The notes beneath the pieces are model-generated. The model made no database searches, had not been told where the DNA came from, and was given only the letters and a program-made list of their open reading frames with translations. The position numbers and the translations under genes are program-made. Of a stretch of DNA of 26,515 nt, positions 23,656-26,515 are shown piece by piece. Each line of letters starts with the position of its first letter. The first letter of the stretch is position 1. This DNA comes from Candidatus Woesearchaeota archaeon (GTDB lineage: Archaea > Nanobdellota > Nanobdellia > Pacearchaeales > GW2011-AR1): positions 1 to 26,515 of the forward strand of contig CAYUGD010000002.1 of NCBI GenBank assembly GCA_964444275.1. Reading direction: 5' to 3'.

Positions 23656-24819
23656 CTAAATCCCAATCAGCTCAATCTTTGTGTCAGTTGTTGTGAAGTT
23701 TCTCGCTGCGATTGCTTTGACACCTGATTTTTCTGCGACATTTATTGCTTTCTTTGTCGCTGCTCCGTCGACAATTATTATGAAGGGTTTTTCTTTTGAT
23801 TTTTTTAATGTGATTGTTATGGCTATTGCGGAAATTTTTTTCATTTCCTCCAGATTATTGTTTAAGAATATTGCCTTCCCTTTTCCCTTGTTTTTCTCTG
23901 CGATTTCCCTTATTTTTGTTTTCATTTTTTTGTTGAGGTCTGGAGAAGAACCAGAACTTTTGGTTGTCCTGGCTCTTGTCCCTTTTTTATATCTCTTCTG
24001 TTTGCCTTTTTCTAAAAACTCATCAACAGGCATTTTTTTCCTTAGTGTTTGAAGAACCTCTTTTCCTGAGAGCTCTTCAACTTCTTTACCGTCTGGGGCA
24101 ACGCAGATATATTTGACTTTTGCATTGTCAAGCACGTTCTTTATAATCAGTTTACCGCCTCGGTCTCCGTCGACAAAAAGAGTTATGTCTTTTTTTTCAG
24201 ACAATTCCTTAATGCTGTCTGGTAGTTTGGTCCCGTTCATGGAAATTACGTTTTTCACGCCTGTTCTTAAAAGATTCAAGACATCAGCGCGACCTTCGAC
24301 AACGATTATCTCTTTTTCAGAAAGGTCTCCATAAGGGAGTTTTTCTTTTCCGTATTCTTTGACATCTGCGACTCTTGCTGATTCTTTTACTGCCTTTGAA
24401 ATCTCTCTGGAGTCGGTTCGGCTTCCCAGGTCTGCCATGAGTTTTTTGGCTCTTTCAACAATATACTTTCTTTTACTGCCGCGAACATCTTCAATCCTTT
24501 CAATGTCGACCTGAGCGTCGCAAGGACCAATTTTTTCAATTGTTTCAACTGCAGCTGCGATTAGAGTTGTTTCTGACTGGTCAAGGGCTGTTGGTATCTT
24601 GATTTCACCCAGAGTTATCCTGTTCTTTCTTTCAAGCTCAACTTCAATTCTGCCAAGTTTTCCCTCTTTCTGCAAATCCCTCATTTCAAGGTCTGCGCCG
24701 AGAAGCCCTTCTGTCTGCCCGAAAATCGCTCCGATTATGTCAGACTTTTCCAGCGCTCCCTCTACACGAAAGTTCGCATGTATCATGTATTTAATCGATA
24801 CTGGACTTATTTTTGCCAT
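23656..24819 (-). CDS. dnaG: Archaeal DnaG (TOPRIM primase-like, exosome-associated)
   Basis: KYMIHA..EGALEKSDIIGAIFGQTEGLLG..LQKEGKLGRIEV, TOPRIM IIVVEGRADVLNL and FVDGDRGG, APDGKEVEEL. SD AAGGAG upstream. Confidence 0.93.
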   Translation of the reverse strand: MAKISPVSIKYMIHANFRVEGALEKSDIIGAIFGQTEGLLGADLEMRDLQKEGKLGRIEVELERKNRITLGEIKIPTALDQSETTLIAAAVETIEKIGPCDAQVDIERIEDVRGSKRKYIVERAKKLMADLGSRTDSREISKAVKESARVADVKEYGKEKLPYGDLSEKEIIVVEGRADVLNLLRTGVKNVISMNGTKLPDSIKELSEKKDITLFVDGDRGGKLIIKNVLDNAKVKYICVAPDGKEVEELSGKEVLQTLRKKMPVDEFLEKGKQKRYKKGTRARTTKSSGSSPDLNKKMKTKIREIAEKNKGKGKAIFLNNNLEEMKKISAIAITITLKKSKEKPFIIIVDGAATKKAINVAEKSGVKAIAARNFTTTDTKIELIGI

Positions 24820-25051
24820 TTTTTCTCCTTTAATTTAATTGACTGAAATCTAATGATTCCACGAGAAATATGTTGATAACTTTCTTCTACCTTTTGCAAA
24901 ATTAATGCAGTGAGTGTGATGAATCGTGAAAGTGATGAAATATTAATTTCTAATCAATATACTTCTCAAATATTTAAGAATAAAGCTGTTTTTAAGGTTT
25001 TCTATTAACTAAATATTTTTATAGTTATTATTCTTAATATTTAAGATTAAG

Positions 25052-25429
25052 ATGTCTATAGAAGAAAAAATTGATAAGTTCTTTAGAGGATTAGGAATAG
25101 AAGAGCCAATAACTCCTTTAGATTTAGAAAATTTAAGAAAAAGTTTTGATCTTGAAAATCCTGAATATAAAGCAAAAATTGATAATTTACTTGAGGACAT
25201 GGGAATAAAAAGACTCATATGGACTTCATATTTAGAAAATTTAAGAAAAAGTTTTGATCTTGAAAATCCTAAATATCAATTTATATATTCCCTTATAGGT
25301 GAAGCATGGCTTAAGCAAGAGGCAGATTCAGGGAAGGACTACCCAATCCATATAGTCCATCAACCTTATTGGTTAGAAAAAAGAATGAAAGATTTACGAG
25401 AAACTGGTGAATTTACTGAAAAGAAATAA
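25052..25429 (+). CDS. Hypothetical protein with internal 13-aa duplication (AT-rich ORFan)
   Basis: LENLRKSFDLENP occurs twice, 36 aa apart. Confidence 0.55.
   Translation: MSIEEKIDKFFRGLGIEEPITPLDLENLRKSFDLENPEYKAKIDNLLEDMGIKRLIWTSYLENLRKSFDLENPKYQFIYSLIGEAWLKQEADSGKDYPIHIVHQPYWLEKRMKDLRETGEFTEKK
25122..25270 (+). repeat. Exact 41-bp direct repeat (25122-25162 and 25230-25270)
   Basis: atttagaaaatttaagaaaaagttttgatcttgaaaatcct occurs twice, with a 108-bp period. Confidence 0.9.
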
Positions 25430-25432
25430 ATC

Positions 25433-26515
25433 TTAATTCTTCTTCTTGACAATCTCAGTGCAGATTCCAGCTGCAACTGTTGAGCCGGCGTCTCTTACTG
25501 CGAACCTGCTCATGTATGGGTTGTCTTTCTGCGTTTCAAGGCAAAGATTTCCCTGCGGCTTGATTCTTACTTTTGCGCTGTCGCCGTTTTTCAGGAATTC
25601 TGGTTTTTCTTTTACAACCTGGCCTGTTTTTGGGTCAATCTGTTCAAGAAGTTCTACAAACTGGCAAGGAACCTGTGCAGTGTGAACGTGGAATACAGGT
25701 GTGTATCCTTTTGCCAGAACAGTAGGGTGATTTATGACTGTGATTGTTGCGATGAATTCCTCGACAACGCTTGATGGTTTTGCCGCGTCGCAGATAACGT
25801 CCCCGCGCGCAATGTCTTTTTTGCCAACGCCACGAATGTTAATTCCGACGTTGTCGCCTGCAACTGCTTCCTGCAATTGTTCATGATGCATTTCGATTGT
25901 TTTTACTTCACCATTAATTCCTTTTCCTGTTCTCCCAGGCAATACAATAACTTTTTGTCCTACTTTCATAATTCCTGTTTCAACTTTTCCCACAGGAACT
26001 GTTCCAATGCCTGTAATCTCGTAAACGTCCTGAACAGGCATTCTCATTGGCAGGTCAGTTGGGAGCTTTGGCTCTGCGAACTGGTCAAACTGCTCGAGAA
26101 CTGTTGGGCCTTTATACCATGCCATCTTGTCAGATTTTTTAGCAACATTATCTCCTTTTAATCCTGAGCATGCAATAAAAGGTGTTGTTTCAGGGTTGAT
26201 TCCAACACTCTGAAGTAACTTGCTTACGTCTTCTTTAACTTTATTGAATTTGTCTTCGCTGTATTCTGCTGCATCCATTTTGTTAATTGCAACAGCGACG
26301 TTTTTAACACCCATTGTTCTCAAAAGCCACAAGTGCTCTGTTGTCTGGGGCTGTACGCCGGCTGGAGCAGCAATAACAAGGAAAGCAGCATCTGCCTGGC
26401 TCGCCCCTGTAATCATGTTCTTAACAAAGTCCCTGTGTCCTGGTGCGTCAATAATTGTAATCTGATATTTCTGAGTGAGAATTTTCTTGTAAGCAAGGTC
26501 GATAGTTACACCGCG
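25433..26515 (-). CDS. tuf: Elongation factor 1-alpha, 5'-truncated by the window edge
   Basis: The frame is open to the window end: RGVTIDLAY..IIDAPGHRDFVKNMITGASQAD, NKMD, PVQDVYEITGIGTVPVGKVETG and GDNVGINI. Confidence 0.96.
   Translation of the reverse strand, partial: RGVTIDLAYKKILTQKYQITIIDAPGHRDFVKNMITGASQADAAFLVIAAPAGVQPQTTEHLWLLRTMGVKNVAVAINKMDAAEYSEDKFNKVKEDVSKLLQSVGINPETTPFIACSGLKGDNVAKKSDKMAWYKGPTVLEQFDQFAEPKLPTDLPMRMPVQDVYEITGIGTVPVGKVETGIMKVGQKVIVLPGRTGKGINGEVKTIEMHHEQLQEAVAGDNVGINIRGVGKKDIARGDVICDAAKPSSVVEEFIATITVINHPTVLAKGYTPVFHVHTAQVPCQFVELLEQIDPKTGQVVKEKPEFLKNGDSAKVRIKPQGNLCLETQKDNPYMSRFAVRDAGSTVAAGICTEIVKKKN

Noticed and set aside
24895-24945. His-rich minus-strand frame (FHHFHDSSHSLH) as a leader peptide
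   Set aside because: There is no start codon after the upstream in-frame TAG.
24910-24955. Box C/D sRNA (two GTGATGA box C-like motifs)
   Set aside because: No properly spaced CUGA box D, and the first guide would be only 3 nt.
2219-26465. Short antisense or overlapping ORFs in the track (e.g. 2219-2506, 3319-3534, 5022-5489, 8104-8565, 9687-10118, 14661-15131, 16361-17950, 18799-19125, 21555-21863, 23681-24838, 25446-26465)
   Set aside because: They lie on the opposite strand or in an alternate frame of well-supported genes, with Phe/Ser/Leu-rich shadow composition and no motifs.
1-26515. CRISPR array, transposase, integrase or prophage
   Set aside because: No regularly spaced repeat series and no such protein motifs. 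The 41-bp repeat has only two copies, is in frame within an ORF and has no cas genes nearby.

Overview
Gene-dense, AT-rich archaeal chromosomal window. The gene set (archaeal-type IleRS, ArgRS, DnaG, Dph5, DTD2, EF-1alpha, intron-containing tRNAs), the TATA-driven largely leaderless promoters and the compactness suggest a DPANN archaeon, probably Pacearchaeota/Woesearchaeota-like; the taxon is an inference. Core genes are argS, trmB-like, ileS, dph5, dtdA, a HemK2-like methyltransferase, rnhB, smc, pcm, an endonuclease IV-family gene, dnaG and a partial tuf. Three tRNA genes are present: Leu-UAA and initiator Met-CAU (both with introns) and Ser-GCU. Several surface or exported protein genes and AT-rich ORFans are interspersed. 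No CRISPR array, transposase or integrase was seen. The strongest leads are: (1) an Smc-family ATPase with no hinge domain and a Rad50-like CxxC zinc hook at its exact midpoint; (2) two proteins with outer-membrane-type beta-barrel sequence patterns in an apparent archaeon; (3) a promoter-backed 56-nt three-way-junction RNA with two cUUCGg tetraloops; (4) the same palindrome, in opposite orientations, inside two unrelated tRNA introns; (5) tRNA genes that start a fixed 24 nt after their TATA boxes. All alignments, folds and counts were made by eye.
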